Of a stretch of DNA of 64,000 bases, positions 1 through 11,387 are shown in pieces; position 1 is the first letter of the stretch, and every line of letters starts with the position of its first letter. Source of the stretch: a virus (lineage: Duplodnaviria; Caudoviricetes); the IMG/VR virus record IMGVR_UViG_3300024346_000004; one strand, written 5' to 3'. Below the pieces are notes generated by a model. The model was not told the origin of the DNA. It was given only the letters and a program-made list of their open reading frames with translations, and made no database searches. Made by a program: the position numbers and the translations under genes.

Positions 1-7
1 AGACGAG

Positions 8-238
8 ATGACATGGAATAAAATTTACCATATTGTTGATGAGAAGGTAAAAGAATCCTTAGTATCAGTGGAAAATAAAACAATTAACAATAATGTAGAA
101 TTAACTGTAATCAAGCAGAATATTATCAATGAGATTGTAAGTCAGACAAATATGAGCATGAGTCAGGCTATAAAATCTCTTGAGTCTAAAATTACTACTC
201 AAACAGAAGAAATGTTTAGAAAATTCCTGAGATCATAA
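8..238 (+). CDS. Hypothetical helical protein, probably truncated by the window edge
   Basis: The frame is open back to position 2 (GAC GAG ATG) and the ORF ends 1 nt before the next gene. Confidence 0.55.
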   Translation: MTWNKIYHIVDEKVKESLVSVENKTINNNVELTVIKQNIINEIVSQTNMSMSQAIKSLESKITTQTEEMFRKFLRS

Positions 239-239
239 G

Positions 240-3200
240 ATGCCATTTGATAATATTGATAAATTACCTCCAGTTGAACCGTATACCTGGGTCCCTAATA
301 TCACCCCTACAGGTAATGGTTCTCCTTATGGATTTTACACAACAGAAATAGGTGCTGGTCAATTCAGAAATGATGTTTATGGCACTACTGTTTCTGCTAC
401 ATACAAAGGGTTATTAAAATCTGCAGAAAATAGTATTGATTATCCTTTTGTTAATGCGTTTAGATTTTTAGCCAACCCAAGTTTATTTGCAAAGTATCCA
501 ACAGATTTACCATTTGTAATTCAGGCTATTAGTGGGTACTTAGAATATTCGATTGACTTAAAAGTAACTCGAAGAATTTCAGCTATTAAGCTTGTATACT
601 CTTTATCCATATCTTCAAATGATTCGTCTATCAATAATATTCCATTTACTAGAGAAGATTTAGAAGATATTCGTAAAAATGCTCTTGATCCTAATCATTC
701 CATTTCAGTGGATATGAATAAATATAAAATAGGGCAGGTTTTACTAGATGGAGTTGAATATCCAAAATACACTAATGATGAGATTAAAGAATTAGGATGT
801 ACTGGATTTTATAGTACTAATACTAATATTGGGGAAGCTACAAAAGAAGTTATTATTAGATTTGGTGATGGTAAAAATTCAGGTGATTTCCCTCTTTCTA
901 CTAATATAAAAATCAGATCTAGATATAATGTATTCTCTATGAAATTATCATTACATAAAGTGATGATATATAATGCTGAAAGAGCAAATATAGTAGATGA
1001 ACAATTACCATGCGGGATACTGTCTTATGCATTCCCTGTTAGATTTAATTACAATCCAACTTTATTATCACCATTAATTGTCCCTACTGATACATTAAGA
1101 CCAAATGTACACATTAAAGTATTTAATCCTAATTATAGAACAAACAGTCCAGGCTTTTCTCACTCTATAAACCTAAGATTTTTAGTAATAAATTTTCCTA
1201 TTTTAGCACTTGATCCATTTCAGGTTCTTTCAGGTTTTTCTACAACTTCTATAAATCTTTATTGGGTTGATTTGCTTGGATTAATGCCAGGAAGAAAAAA
1301 TATCAGAGCTAATTTTTTGCCTACTTATTTTTATAATGATGCAAAAGGAGCTGTAATTAACTATTCTTCTTATAAGGCTATAAATAAAAATTCTATCTAT
1401 TTGCAATCACAAACTACTGGATTAGATGAAAATGTTATAGAAGCAAACTGGAGAACTATAGAAGGATCAGAAGTTAGGGTAACTAGATTTGATAAAACAG
1501 TCAGTAATGAAGGACCTTGGATTGATTCTTACACTTATTTAAATGTAAATGATCCGACATACGAGCAAAACACACAACAAATTACAAGATATAGATTTGT
1601 TGAATTAATTGAGACTGGTGGATTAAGCTATTCAGAAGCTTTTATTGGACAATTGTACTCAGAACAGCGTCCATTCAAAATGTCAGATGTAGAATCCTCA
1701 ATATCTGCAGCATCTGGTACAAAAAAAGTTAATAGAAGAGTATATGATTTTAATTCGCAAACTGATTTAGACTTGATAAATCCTTTAGCAGTATTTAGTG
1801 TTCCTTTTGAAGATGCAGTTACAAATCTGTATTCAGGGTTTCGTAATCTGTTTAAAATAGGCAAGGGCATTGTCAAAATAAAATTAAAATCAGCTGTTTA
1901 TGATAAAGCAGGTACACAGCAGTCTCATTTAATTGTAAGAATGTGGTGGGTTCCTAAAGATTTTATTCCTTCAGGAAATGACATACATTTATATAGAAAA
2001 AATAATGAAATTATCTTTACTACAGATGCTGATGGTAATACGTTTACAAGCATCGGAAATCCCAAAGATATTTCTGAACTGTTAGTTAGTTCTCCATTGC
2101 CAGTTGTTTCAAGTGTTAATGATACTTTATATGATATCGAAATACTAAGGTATGTAGAGCATTCAGGTGTTATGAGTACTTATGACAAGATAGCTGTCGG
2201 TATTTATGCTGTATCTAATCTTGATAATAATCTTAATTATGATAGAGAAAATAATTTCTTTACTCCTTCCGCTATCATAGATGTTGAATCTTCTGGATAT
2301 ATTGAAACTCCATATTTAGCTAGTAATTCTAAAAGCATAAATCCACAAAGATCAAGCGATTTTAATTCGGCTAAATATAAAGATTACATAGAACCCATTT
2401 CTATAGTAAATAGATATGTGACAGATATACAAATAAAGCCTGAAGATGAATATTTGAATTACAATAAAAATTTTCAAGTTAACCCTAGCACAGGAAATGC
2501 TTTTACTGGTTTAGTAGGTATGAAAAAGCTTGAAGAAGGCGATTCATTACTAAAGGTAACTATTCCTTATAACGGGATTCCTACCAAAAACGATGGTTCC
2601 AATTTTGTTGTTGCTGATTTTGCTACATTTGATACTCCTATTAATGGAGCTAGAATTAACCCAGGGGAATGGAAGATATATATAAATAAAAAAGATTTTC
2701 TTGAAGAATCTTTTAGTATTATTTACAGTTATGAAATATCTTTGCTTTTAGTCAATTCTTCTGGTGATAATGTGCAGAGAATTTTTAGAACAAAAGTACT
2801 TGAAGCAGAAGCCGCTAAAAGTGAGATAACTATAACAGAGTATATATCATTTCCATATTTAATATCTAATTTCGGATCTCAAATGGTTTTGAGAATATCT
2901 GTCTACCCTAGATCTAAAAATGGTAAAGTAATAAATGAAACACAAATTGCTAATAACCTAAAACCTATCAAGATGGGATTTCACATTAATGAAATTACTA
3001 TTCTTAAGCATACGATGGAAAAGCTTGTTATTGATGCTACTGATAGTTTGTTAGGTAGTCCAGCTTTTTATGAAGATTTAGATCTAGTACCAAATAAAAC
3101 ATTAGATGGTCAAGAATTTTGGTTTTCTTCTACACCTGATATGAGACAGACATTGATTGTTGAACCTGGCAGAGGTGTCGATATCACTGGGTGTTTATAT

Positions 3201-4601
3201 TCTCCATCCTGGTTTACAAATCTACCTAAAGAAATGGAAGTAAAGGCTGGAGCTTTAGGATTTTTAGATAAAAACTTTTATTTTAGAACAGTGAAAGGCA
3301 CAGTAGATCAAATTGAATCATCTATCAGTGTCGGCGAAGATATACAGACAAACAAATTACACATTGTTTATGATGAAGAGTCTAGTGATGCTACAAATGT
3401 TACAACTACTGGCAAGCGTATTAGATATTTACAAACAAGTTATCAAAACTTAAATATATTACGTAATTATCAAGCTTCCGGAGTCAATCTTACTTCCGAG
3501 AAATTTATTGAGGGAAGAAATCCATCTATATATCATCACAATACTGAAGGTCATAAAACTCACCATAATTCTATGTCAATGGTTGTTGAAACATTAGCTG
3601 ATGGTAAGAGCTACACAAATACCTTTTCTAATATGGATGGTGGTCATAAGTTTTCTTGGAATAGGCCTATAGTAGGATCTATAGATAGACAATTTGATAC
3701 TAATCCCAAGATTGCTCAATATATAAAATATCCAGTTGCATGTCAGAATATTAGATTAAATAGATTAGCAGTAGTAGGTTATTGCGAACCAGCAGAGACT
3801 TTAAATGGCGGAGCTTATGTATTAAAAGTAGCCAGCACATTAAATCAGACTAATCTAGGTCAAACATTTGGGGAATATTATTTCATTGATGGAAATAAAG
3901 AAATCCAAATACCTAATTTTCAACTCAAGGGGATGCCCGATAATATTGAACAAGAAATGGATATAGATGGTTTATTATTTACAAATGGAAAAGCTAAACT
4001 AAACTTTATTGGTGCTGCATATGATAATGCTGAAAGAATGTTAATAGGCTATCCGTTACAATCTAAACCAGGAATCATTTATGGTAGATATTTTGATGGT
4101 TCCGGTCTTTCTAAAACATTTAAGATATTAGATTTATCTTTGTCAGGTATAGTAGTGCCGACCGAAGCTGAAATATCTAATATTGCTATCGCCCATTACA
4201 ATAAAGGAAATAATTTCTGTGTTTCATTTATGCTGGGTGGAAGATTATTTATTACCGTTTTTAGTAATCAATTATATTCATCTTTATCATCAGCATCTAA
4301 TAAATCTTATTTGGGTTCTAGGATATATTTAGTGGCAGGTAGTAGAGAGTTCATTACTGAAAATACAAATATAGGGAAATTTCTAAGGCAATTAGAATTG
4401 GCTGGATTTTTAGTCAACAAACAACAAGGCAATTTAGAAGAGAATATTCCCAATCAAAAGCCTGGTTTATTAGTAAGTAATCATAAAAACCATTCTGGCA
4501 ATATTTTAGTATGGTATAGAGACTCTAAAAAAATACTTAAGTCCAGAGCAGTTGAATATGATGGATTTGTTTCTAATTTTTACGTATATAATATTACATA
4601 A
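240..4601 (+). CDS. Large putative virion structural protein (1453 aa)
   Basis: Long ORF rich in S/T/N/Y, TAATG-coupled to the next gene, in a structural context; no specific family recognised. Confidence 0.6.
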   Translation: MPFDNIDKLPPVEPYTWVPNITPTGNGSPYGFYTTEIGAGQFRNDVYGTTVSATYKGLLKSAENSIDYPFVNAFRFLANPSLFAKYPTDLPFVIQAISGYLEYSIDLKVTRRISAIKLVYSLSISSNDSSINNIPFTREDLEDIRKNALDPNHSISVDMNKYKIGQVLLDGVEYPKYTNDEIKELGCTGFYSTNTNIGEATKEVIIRFGDGKNSGDFPLSTNIKIRSRYNVFSMKLSLHKVMIYNAERANIVDEQLPCGILSYAFPVRFNYNPTLLSPLIVPTDTLRPNVHIKVFNPNYRTNSPGFSHSINLRFLVINFPILALDPFQVLSGFSTTSINLYWVDLLGLMPGRKNIRANFLPTYFYNDAKGAVINYSSYKAINKNSIYLQSQTTGLDENVIEANWRTIEGSEVRVTRFDKTVSNEGPWIDSYTYLNVNDPTYEQNTQQITRYRFVELIETGGLSYSEAFIGQLYSEQRPFKMSDVESSISAASGTKKVNRRVYDFNSQTDLDLINPLAVFSVPFEDAVTNLYSGFRNLFKIGKGIVKIKLKSAVYDKAGTQQSHLIVRMWWVPKDFIPSGNDIHLYRKNNEIIFTTDADGNTFTSIGNPKDISELLVSSPLPVVSSVNDTLYDIEILRYVEHSGVMSTYDKIAVGIYAVSNLDNNLNYDRENNFFTPSAIIDVESSGYIETPYLASNSKSINPQRSSDFNSAKYKDYIEPISIVNRYVTDIQIKPEDEYLNYNKNFQVNPSTGNAFTGLVGMKKLEEGDSLLKVTIPYNGIPTKNDGSNFVVADFATFDTPINGARINPGEWKIYINKKDFLEESFSIIYSYEISLLLVNSSGDNVQRIFRTKVLEAEAAKSEITITEYISFPYLISNFGSQMVLRISVYPRSKNGKVINETQIANNLKPIKMGFHINEITILKHTMEKLVIDATDSLLGSPAFYEDLDLVPNKTLDGQEFWFSSTPDMRQTLIVEPGRGVDITGCLYSPSWFTNLPKEMEVKAGALGFLDKNFYFRTVKGTVDQIESSISVGEDIQTNKLHIVYDEESSDATNVTTTGKRIRYLQTSYQNLNILRNYQASGVNLTSEKFIEGRNPSIYHHNTEGHKTHHNSMSMVVETLADGKSYTNTFSNMDGGHKFSWNRPIVGSIDRQFDTNPKIAQYIKYPVACQNIRLNRLAVVGYCEPAETLNGGAYVLKVASTLNQTNLGQTFGEYYFIDGNKEIQIPNFQLKGMPDNIEQEMDIDGLLFTNGKAKLNFIGAAYDNAERMLIGYPLQSKPGIIYGRYFDGSGLSKTFKILDLSLSGIVVPTEAEISNIAIAHYNKGNNFCVSFMLGGRLFITVFSNQLYSSLSSASNKSYLGSRIYLVAGSREFITENTNIGKFLRQLELAGFLVNKQQGNLEENIPNQKPGLLVSNHKNHSGNILVWYRDSKKILKSRAVEYDGFVSNFYVYNIT

Positions 4602-7576
4602 TGTCATTTACTCCCGATAAAAGAGAACTTAAAGTCTCATGCACTGTTTCAGCACTATATTTACCCGATGATGGGTATTTAGGTGGAACTTTTGTATCGT
4701 CAGAATCTAAAACAAATAATGATAGACCTGGCAATTATTATAAGCAGCATGTTTATGGTGGTAAATCAATTACTTTAAAATCAAATACCACAAATTGTAA
4801 TGCTTATTTTTTACCATTAAATCCCAATATAGGAGCTCCACAACAAACATTCGTATATGGAGCTATCGTAAATGAAGCTCACCCTGTATTGAATCTCATT
4901 AAAGGTCCTCCTGAGATGGGAGGGATAAATTTTGCTAGTACAGTACCATTATTCAATCTAAATACTCCTATCTGGAATGTTCTTCAAGGTAGTTTTTCGT
5001 ATTACAAATCAGCTAATCCAAATATTTTATCTAATAAAAATGATTATTTCCCACAATTTGTAAATGCTAATACTACATATAATATTTGGGTATTGGATGT
5101 AACAGGTCAAGAATCAAAAATATCTTATATAAAATATCAAGGATATGATTTCGATAAAACATATACTGGTGCCAAGATTATTCAAGAATATGAGGATGAT
5201 AATACTGCTTCTATTACAGTTCATGCAAATAATCGAGTAGCTAGATTAACACGCTATTACCCTATCGGTCAAGATCTTATGTATGAAGGATGCAGCCTTG
5301 TTTATGATGGTTCTGCTACAAGAATCATAAATGGTGCTGAAGTACAAAATAATTATAGATATTCAGAATCTGTATCAGCTTCAGCAGGATCATATAATAA
5401 TGGATTCTCTTTAAGATTTAAAAACTCAACAGCAAGCGAAGCAACTAACCCAAATATTAAAGCTAATAGAAGTGGGATTATTATATATTTTGGATCTACT
5501 GCTACAGATTCAGTTGCTGGATACCAGATACATTTATATGAAGATACAAAATTTATAAAATATTATAATCCTAGATCTGGAAGTTATGATGAAATGCCTC
5601 TGGGTGATTCCGGCGCTTTATCATCAGGTAGTGTATCAACTGAAGTACATGTTCATTTTACAGGGCCCAATATGATGGTTGGATTCAGCAGTGATCCTTC
5701 AGAGTGGAAAACAATATTTCCAATAAGAAAAACAGAGGCTGGAGATTATTCTTCTTATTACGAACATAAACTATCTGCAAAAGCTAAAATCAGTATAGAA
5801 TTTGTAAATATAACCTCAACCTTCACATATGCACCAATAGCTTTTTTAAATTTTGATTCTTCTAAAATAAACGAACTTACTGATGCCGAATTTACAGCAA
5901 GTAATTTTTCCTATTATGTTGTAAATAATACAAAAGCAAGAGTAAATTTTTCATATAATGTTCCACTCGAAATTGGACAACAGATAAACATTGATGATAT
6001 AAATAGACGTTTTCAATCTAAATTTTATAGTTTTAATCAGTATTGGTCGGCCATAAATACTGCAACATGTTTGGTAGATCATAGAAACCAGAATGCATTG
6101 CAAGCTTATATACCATCAATTCCAGCTACAAGTTCAACTAATCCCAGATCTGTTGTAGTAGATGGTTATGTTCAATACAATACTACAGTGGAATGTCCAG
6201 GATTCTTAAAATTCCTGGATGATGCAAAAAATGTAACTAATTATGCATTACCAACTTATGACATTTTATATCCGATGCCTTGGGGTGATTTAAGTCCATA
6301 TTTATCAAGTGCAATCGTACAATACGATGCTGCCGGTAAGACATTTGGCTCTTTATCAAGTACAGCTACGATTGTATTAAAAAATATTGATTCTACAGAA
6401 CGTGGCACTAGAATATTAGAAGCTTTAGAAAATAACAAGTTAGTATTCACTATTTCTGCTGGATATGATAATTTGCACACTTATTTTCAAGGTGTAGCTT
6501 CTACTGTGAATACAGATAGAAGTCAATCAGGCACTAATGTAACTATTACACTAGTAGATGTTGGTAAAGAAGTCCTAAGTTCAACAAGATTTATCACTAC
6601 AGCAAGATTTGGCGGTATGAATTTTGATGATATTTTAGATTCTATGATGGCAATGTCAGGAGCACAACATAAATATATTGTTCAAAGATCTAGTACTGAT
6701 TCGGCATTCTCCAGTTATCTTGCAAATCTTAACACAAGAATAGGTTACAATGGCTTTGCTGCATTGCAACAACCATTCTTTGAAGTTAATGGTAGAGATA
6801 GAATTTGGGAAAAGATTAGTGAAATTTTAACTTATATGAATAACGCAAAAGGATTACCAGTATTTTTCTGGGATCCTGCTGATAGTGTTTTTAAGTTATC
6901 ATGGAGATATGAACCAGTTAGTTGCGATACTTTAAAATTTGCTGGTTTCAAAAATAGATTTGGTGTAACTGAATATCCTATGAATTTTGAATTCAACAAA
7001 GATTCACCTAATGCATTACACGGTCTTATTGTAGGTAATTACACCGTTACGACAGATTTAGGCAATTTGCATTCAGGAATAGTAATGACTAGCTTGGATC
7101 AGACAGCTACAACATTGTTACGTCAAGAATATTATAATGGGTCAGCTCCTAGAACATGGGAAAATACAGCTTTGACCCTTAGTACTATATCAGTATTACA
7201 AAGCAGTATTGATGGTGAAAATAAAAATGTTCCGCAAGAAAATATTGGGTATGTAGGATATAGGAAATTCTTTTATCATCCAGAATCAGGATTACCGCCA
7301 GATCCTCATATTGGAGACAAAAATTCTCTAAATAAATATTTCAACACCATAAAACCTTTAGTAAGAAAAACATACTCTACCTTGAAATTTAGTGTATATG
7401 TAACTGAACCATTGAGTATTAACGGTACATTTGTTATAAAGACATTTATTGGTGAAAGGGAACCTATTATCACTGATAAGTATATTTATAAGAGTTGCAA
7501 TTATACTATCGATAAAATTAATAACCTTATCACAGCTGAAATTGAAGGCGTGAAAAACGCTAACATATACAATTAG
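4601..7576 (+). CDS. Putative baseplate hub / tail protein (991 aa)
   Basis: The C-terminal half (ATIVLKN...FTISAGYDNLHTYFQGV...VTITLVD) resembles late-control-D / gp27-like hub proteins. Confidence 0.55.
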   Translation: MSFTPDKRELKVSCTVSALYLPDDGYLGGTFVSSESKTNNDRPGNYYKQHVYGGKSITLKSNTTNCNAYFLPLNPNIGAPQQTFVYGAIVNEAHPVLNLIKGPPEMGGINFASTVPLFNLNTPIWNVLQGSFSYYKSANPNILSNKNDYFPQFVNANTTYNIWVLDVTGQESKISYIKYQGYDFDKTYTGAKIIQEYEDDNTASITVHANNRVARLTRYYPIGQDLMYEGCSLVYDGSATRIINGAEVQNNYRYSESVSASAGSYNNGFSLRFKNSTASEATNPNIKANRSGIIIYFGSTATDSVAGYQIHLYEDTKFIKYYNPRSGSYDEMPLGDSGALSSGSVSTEVHVHFTGPNMMVGFSSDPSEWKTIFPIRKTEAGDYSSYYEHKLSAKAKISIEFVNITSTFTYAPIAFLNFDSSKINELTDAEFTASNFSYYVVNNTKARVNFSYNVPLEIGQQINIDDINRRFQSKFYSFNQYWSAINTATCLVDHRNQNALQAYIPSIPATSSTNPRSVVVDGYVQYNTTVECPGFLKFLDDAKNVTNYALPTYDILYPMPWGDLSPYLSSAIVQYDAAGKTFGSLSSTATIVLKNIDSTERGTRILEALENNKLVFTISAGYDNLHTYFQGVASTVNTDRSQSGTNVTITLVDVGKEVLSSTRFITTARFGGMNFDDILDSMMAMSGAQHKYIVQRSSTDSAFSSYLANLNTRIGYNGFAALQQPFFEVNGRDRIWEKISEILTYMNNAKGLPVFFWDPADSVFKLSWRYEPVSCDTLKFAGFKNRFGVTEYPMNFEFNKDSPNALHGLIVGNYTVTTDLGNLHSGIVMTSLDQTATTLLRQEYYNGSAPRTWENTALTLSTISVLQSSIDGENKNVPQENIGYVGYRKFFYHPESGLPPDPHIGDKNSLNKYFNTIKPLVRKTYSTLKFSVYVTEPLSINGTFVIKTFIGEREPIITDKYIYKSCNYTIDKINNLITAEIEGVKNANIYN

Positions 7577-7584
7577 GAATTTAT

Positions 7585-7812
7585 ATGCCAAATTTTTTAT
7601 CTCTTTCTGATGCTATTAAATATCAAATCGATAAACACGATAGTGATACAAAAATAAAAATACCGGCATACTATGACTCTTCAGGATTATTTGGAAAACA
7701 AAATATTCCTATGATGGATGGTGCGCCAGACGAAAATGTAATTAGGTGGGGATATTCAACATGGGGCGATGAAAAAGTCACATTAGAATATAAACCAGAA
7801 GATAAGAAATAA
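7585..7812 (+). CDS. Small hypothetical protein, probably baseplate-associated
   Basis: AGGA RBS, WGYSTWG motif, TAATG overlap with the next gene. Confidence 0.6.
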   Translation: MPNFLSLSDAIKYQIDKHDSDTKIKIPAYYDSSGLFGKQNIPMMDGAPDENVIRWGYSTWGDEKVTLEYKPEDKK

Positions 7813-10800
7813 TGGGAAAGACTTCTATATATAAGCTTGGTTATTTTGAACCAGGCATGAATATCGGTGAAGAATTAGATTTAGACGAATTACGCTTCAC
7901 CGCAATTGATACACAAACGCTTGCCCTATTTTCTATCTTTGGGAATGGGGTTTTAGATGACGACCCTGATAATCCTTCTTGGTATATTAATACCATACCA
8001 CAAGACTATCTAAATGTATCTATCACACCAGGAAAAGGTCATGTTGCTTGGAAATCTGCAGCAACCACAGAAACTAGAACTTTAACATTACCAGTATTGC
8101 CAACAGCTGCAACAACTGCTTTGTTCTGGATATATGCTATTGAAAATGATAATACACCGTCAACAAAGGATGTGGATTTTATTGTTTCTTTGATAGAAAT
8201 AAATGATCCAGATAATTACATTGGGCTAGGAGCTGTTTATTTAGATAAAACAACTAATCCATATACAATCACTGCTTATAATACTAGTGAATATGGTAGA
8301 AAAAATATATCTTTATTTTCAACTTTATCTGATATTGTAAATAAACATAAACATATTGGCGGAAGCAATAACCCTTCTCCTATCAACTTAAGAAGCCATG
8401 TCAGGGGTAAGTTGTCAGGTGATTATTTAGAAAACTTAGATCTATCCACTGTAACCTCTGGTGTATTATCAGCAGACAGATTACCTGTAATAGATCATAA
8501 TAGTTTATCTAATATTGGAACGTTAACACATACTCAAATCGATTCTTTATTAGCTTCATTAATATCTTTACCAGATAACTATAGATTATCAGATGTATCT
8601 TTAGCCAATAGATTAAAAATAATCTTAGCTTTAAAAAGACAAGCTGGTCTTGGAACAATTGACAATACACAAATTAATGCTATATTTTATGTTCCTGGAG
8701 TAACATCAAGCTCTTTTGTAGCTACTGGTGTCCCGGTTTATATTAATCTAGCTAATGTAGATACAGTTAATAAACGAATTGTTGGAACAACTTCATCTTC
8801 AATTAATGCAGATACATTGATTTGGAATACTTATGATGATTTTGATAGAGCATGGCAAGCAGCTCAAATAAGAACTATTGCGAATCAACCACCATCTGAG
8901 AATATTGCAATTATTGGATCTGGGGTAAATGGCTCTTTCACTGTATCTAAATCTGTTGATTATAAGCCAGTAGTAAATACTAGCCTTACAGATACAAAAT
9001 GGAAAGATGGCTATTTATTTATTGACAAAGCTACAAAAGAAACAATAGTTCCTCCACCACCTCCAACTCTTTCTGCTCCAGCATTCTATAATCAGTACTC
9101 GGATAATTTTGATGTGGAACGATATCTTTATTATGAATTCACAGCATCTCAAGATTGGTCTGCTCGTTCTAATATAGGATTTGGATTCGGTATTGCTGCA
9201 GGATCAATACCTGGCAATATTTATGCTTATTTAGTTCTTGAAAGCGGTGGAACTTCAAAAACAATAATGGTAGGCGGAAATGAAACTACCATTAATAGAT
9301 CTGCAACAGCTTTATTATTATCTTCTTCATATTCTGATTCTAAAATTAGATTATTCTTTTCAAAAAATCTTAGCGAGTTTAACATCACTGAATCGCAAAA
9401 GAAAAGAATTAAGGGTGTTGGATTTATATGGAGTACAGAAGAAAATTGGGATGGTAATGAACTTAACTTCTATTTACTATCACCAAATAATGATGAAATA
9501 TCTCCTGTATCTAATCCTAAACCAGATTTGATTGCAGCTAAAACCGCATATCCTGACACAACATCATCTATTTTTATATGGAATGAAACATTATATAATA
9601 GAACAGCCACTCTCGTTTTTAGATTTGATTCTAATAGCTCAAATACATCTTATAATCTTGTTCAATGGGACTCTACAATTCCAGCAGGTACACAAGTTAA
9701 AGTCTATGTAAGATCTGCTGCTAATGAAGCATCTCTAGGTAATTATTTGACAAATGAAGTATCATCACTTAATTATTTAGTACCATCACCAGCATCAACA
9801 GGACGATATTTTGATATTATAGTTGTGCTATCATCAAATAGTTCATATTCCTCAGCGCCAACATTAGATAGACTAATTTTGTCTTATGATGGTGTTGGTA
9901 GTTCCACAAGCAAAATATGGAATAAAACTGAAACAGATCTATCTACCGGGCAAACTGGATGGTATTCTACAGCAAGTAATTATTCTAACATTACTTACGG
10001 ACCAAATGTGATTGATGGTGGTTTGACTAAAAATTATCTTACTATTACAAATACATCCGATGTTGGTAAATGGAAATATTTGAGAGCTAATAATTTATAT
10101 CAAGCTCTTAACGCATCAGATGAAGTGCTTTTGGAAGATGGTGTTGATTCTGGAAACTTAAAAGCTTACCAATCTCCTGTTCAAGTATACAATAACAATT
10201 CCGAATATGGGTTTAATAATCCTAAAAGATATGTAAAGTTGTACGATGAATCATATTTATATGCTGATACCAAAAACGATAGAGTAATAGAAATATCATC
10301 TTCAGGATCAGTAAGCAGAATCTTTCAAGGAAATCTCAGACTTAAACAATACAATAGAGACTTTGTTGCTTTGAATGCTTATTATAATCCAACTGAGGGC
10401 AAATTTTTCATTAACTTCTCTCAGTATGTAACGATAAGCAATACCACTGCTATATACATTATTTCAGGCCAACAATCTATCAAAGCATCTGATATAGGTC
10501 TATCTACTATATTGTTTAGCCCTATAGTGGGACAATCATCTACAATACAAATAACTCTCAACAGTTCATATAAAACAATTGTAAATAGTTGGACAGCACC
10601 AATACAAATTATATTGGATAGTGGTAGTGTGACATCAAATGGTAATGATGGATTAACAATAGATGCGGGAACTACTTCATCTACGGGAACTCAAGCATTA
10701 GACTTTTTAGATATTACAACCTATACTACATTAATTGGTGAAGGTAAAAATATTACAGGGATTAGTACATATACCCCTGTAGTTTTGGATGATGCTGATT

Positions 10801-11387
10801 TTGATAATGATGGAGCTATTACAACAACATTATTAGGACCCAATAATCAATCTGGTCGAGTTACTTTAGGTGTAGTGTCCGGTCCTATTTATATGCTTAA
10901 TATTTTAGAACCAGTAGCCGTCAGTAAGACTAAGTATGATTTGTATTTAATTTCTAATGTTCATACAGACTCTATTATTGCCGTTGATACTACAGGTACT
11001 ACAATATGGTCTGTTCCAAATACGATTGCTTCATTTACATTAGATAAATTAGGTGGTGCTATCGAATTATCTAATGAGAATTTATTAGTAGCTTTACCAA
11101 GTGCTGCTAATGATAATGCTGGTAAAGTTTTATTGATCAATCGTATTTCTTCTAACACAGTATTGAATGATCTTTCTGTAATAGGAGATGCTATTGAAGT
11201 AAGAGAATCACCTTATGCAGATCAGTATTATGTATTGTTATCTGATACGGTTAATAATGGAGCACAATCCAGAGTAATAAGATTATCAAGTAGTGGTAAT
11301 ATTACATGGTCTTGGGGTACTGGAACTTTAATAGCACCTACTGGACTAAATGTGTTAGCAAATAATAATATTTTGGTTAGCGAATAA
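7812..11387 (+). CDS. Tail fibre / baseplate appendage protein with C-terminal beta-propeller (1191 aa)
   Basis: The N-terminal ~230 aa is paralogous to the 2867-aa protein (HxHxG...KL.G...RLP.IDH). NHL-like propeller blades occur later (YADTKNDRVIEI, PTGLNVLANNNILVSE). Confidence 0.65.
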   Translation: MGKTSIYKLGYFEPGMNIGEELDLDELRFTAIDTQTLALFSIFGNGVLDDDPDNPSWYINTIPQDYLNVSITPGKGHVAWKSAATTETRTLTLPVLPTAATTALFWIYAIENDNTPSTKDVDFIVSLIEINDPDNYIGLGAVYLDKTTNPYTITAYNTSEYGRKNISLFSTLSDIVNKHKHIGGSNNPSPINLRSHVRGKLSGDYLENLDLSTVTSGVLSADRLPVIDHNSLSNIGTLTHTQIDSLLASLISLPDNYRLSDVSLANRLKIILALKRQAGLGTIDNTQINAIFYVPGVTSSSFVATGVPVYINLANVDTVNKRIVGTTSSSINADTLIWNTYDDFDRAWQAAQIRTIANQPPSENIAIIGSGVNGSFTVSKSVDYKPVVNTSLTDTKWKDGYLFIDKATKETIVPPPPPTLSAPAFYNQYSDNFDVERYLYYEFTASQDWSARSNIGFGFGIAAGSIPGNIYAYLVLESGGTSKTIMVGGNETTINRSATALLLSSSYSDSKIRLFFSKNLSEFNITESQKKRIKGVGFIWSTEENWDGNELNFYLLSPNNDEISPVSNPKPDLIAAKTAYPDTTSSIFIWNETLYNRTATLVFRFDSNSSNTSYNLVQWDSTIPAGTQVKVYVRSAANEASLGNYLTNEVSSLNYLVPSPASTGRYFDIIVVLSSNSSYSSAPTLDRLILSYDGVGSSTSKIWNKTETDLSTGQTGWYSTASNYSNITYGPNVIDGGLTKNYLTITNTSDVGKWKYLRANNLYQALNASDEVLLEDGVDSGNLKAYQSPVQVYNNNSEYGFNNPKRYVKLYDESYLYADTKNDRVIEISSSGSVSRIFQGNLRLKQYNRDFVALNAYYNPTEGKFFINFSQYVTISNTTAIYIISGQQSIKASDIGLSTILFSPIVGQSSTIQITLNSSYKTIVNSWTAPIQIILDSGSVTSNGNDGLTIDAGTTSSTGTQALDFLDITTYTTLIGEGKNITGISTYTPVVLDDADFDNDGAITTTLLGPNNQSGRVTLGVVSGPIYMLNILEPVAVSKTKYDLYLISNVHTDSIIAVDTTGTTIWSVPNTIASFTLDKLGGAIELSNENLLVALPSAANDNAGKVLLINRISSNTVLNDLSVIGDAIEVRESPYADQYYVLLSDTVNNGAQSRVIRLSSSGNITWSWGTGTLIAPTGLNVLANNNILVSE

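Noticed and set aside
9050-9080. Poly-proline tract (VPPPPPT) as a contingency repeat
   Set aside because: The mixed CCT/CCA codons and short length fit an ordinary linker.
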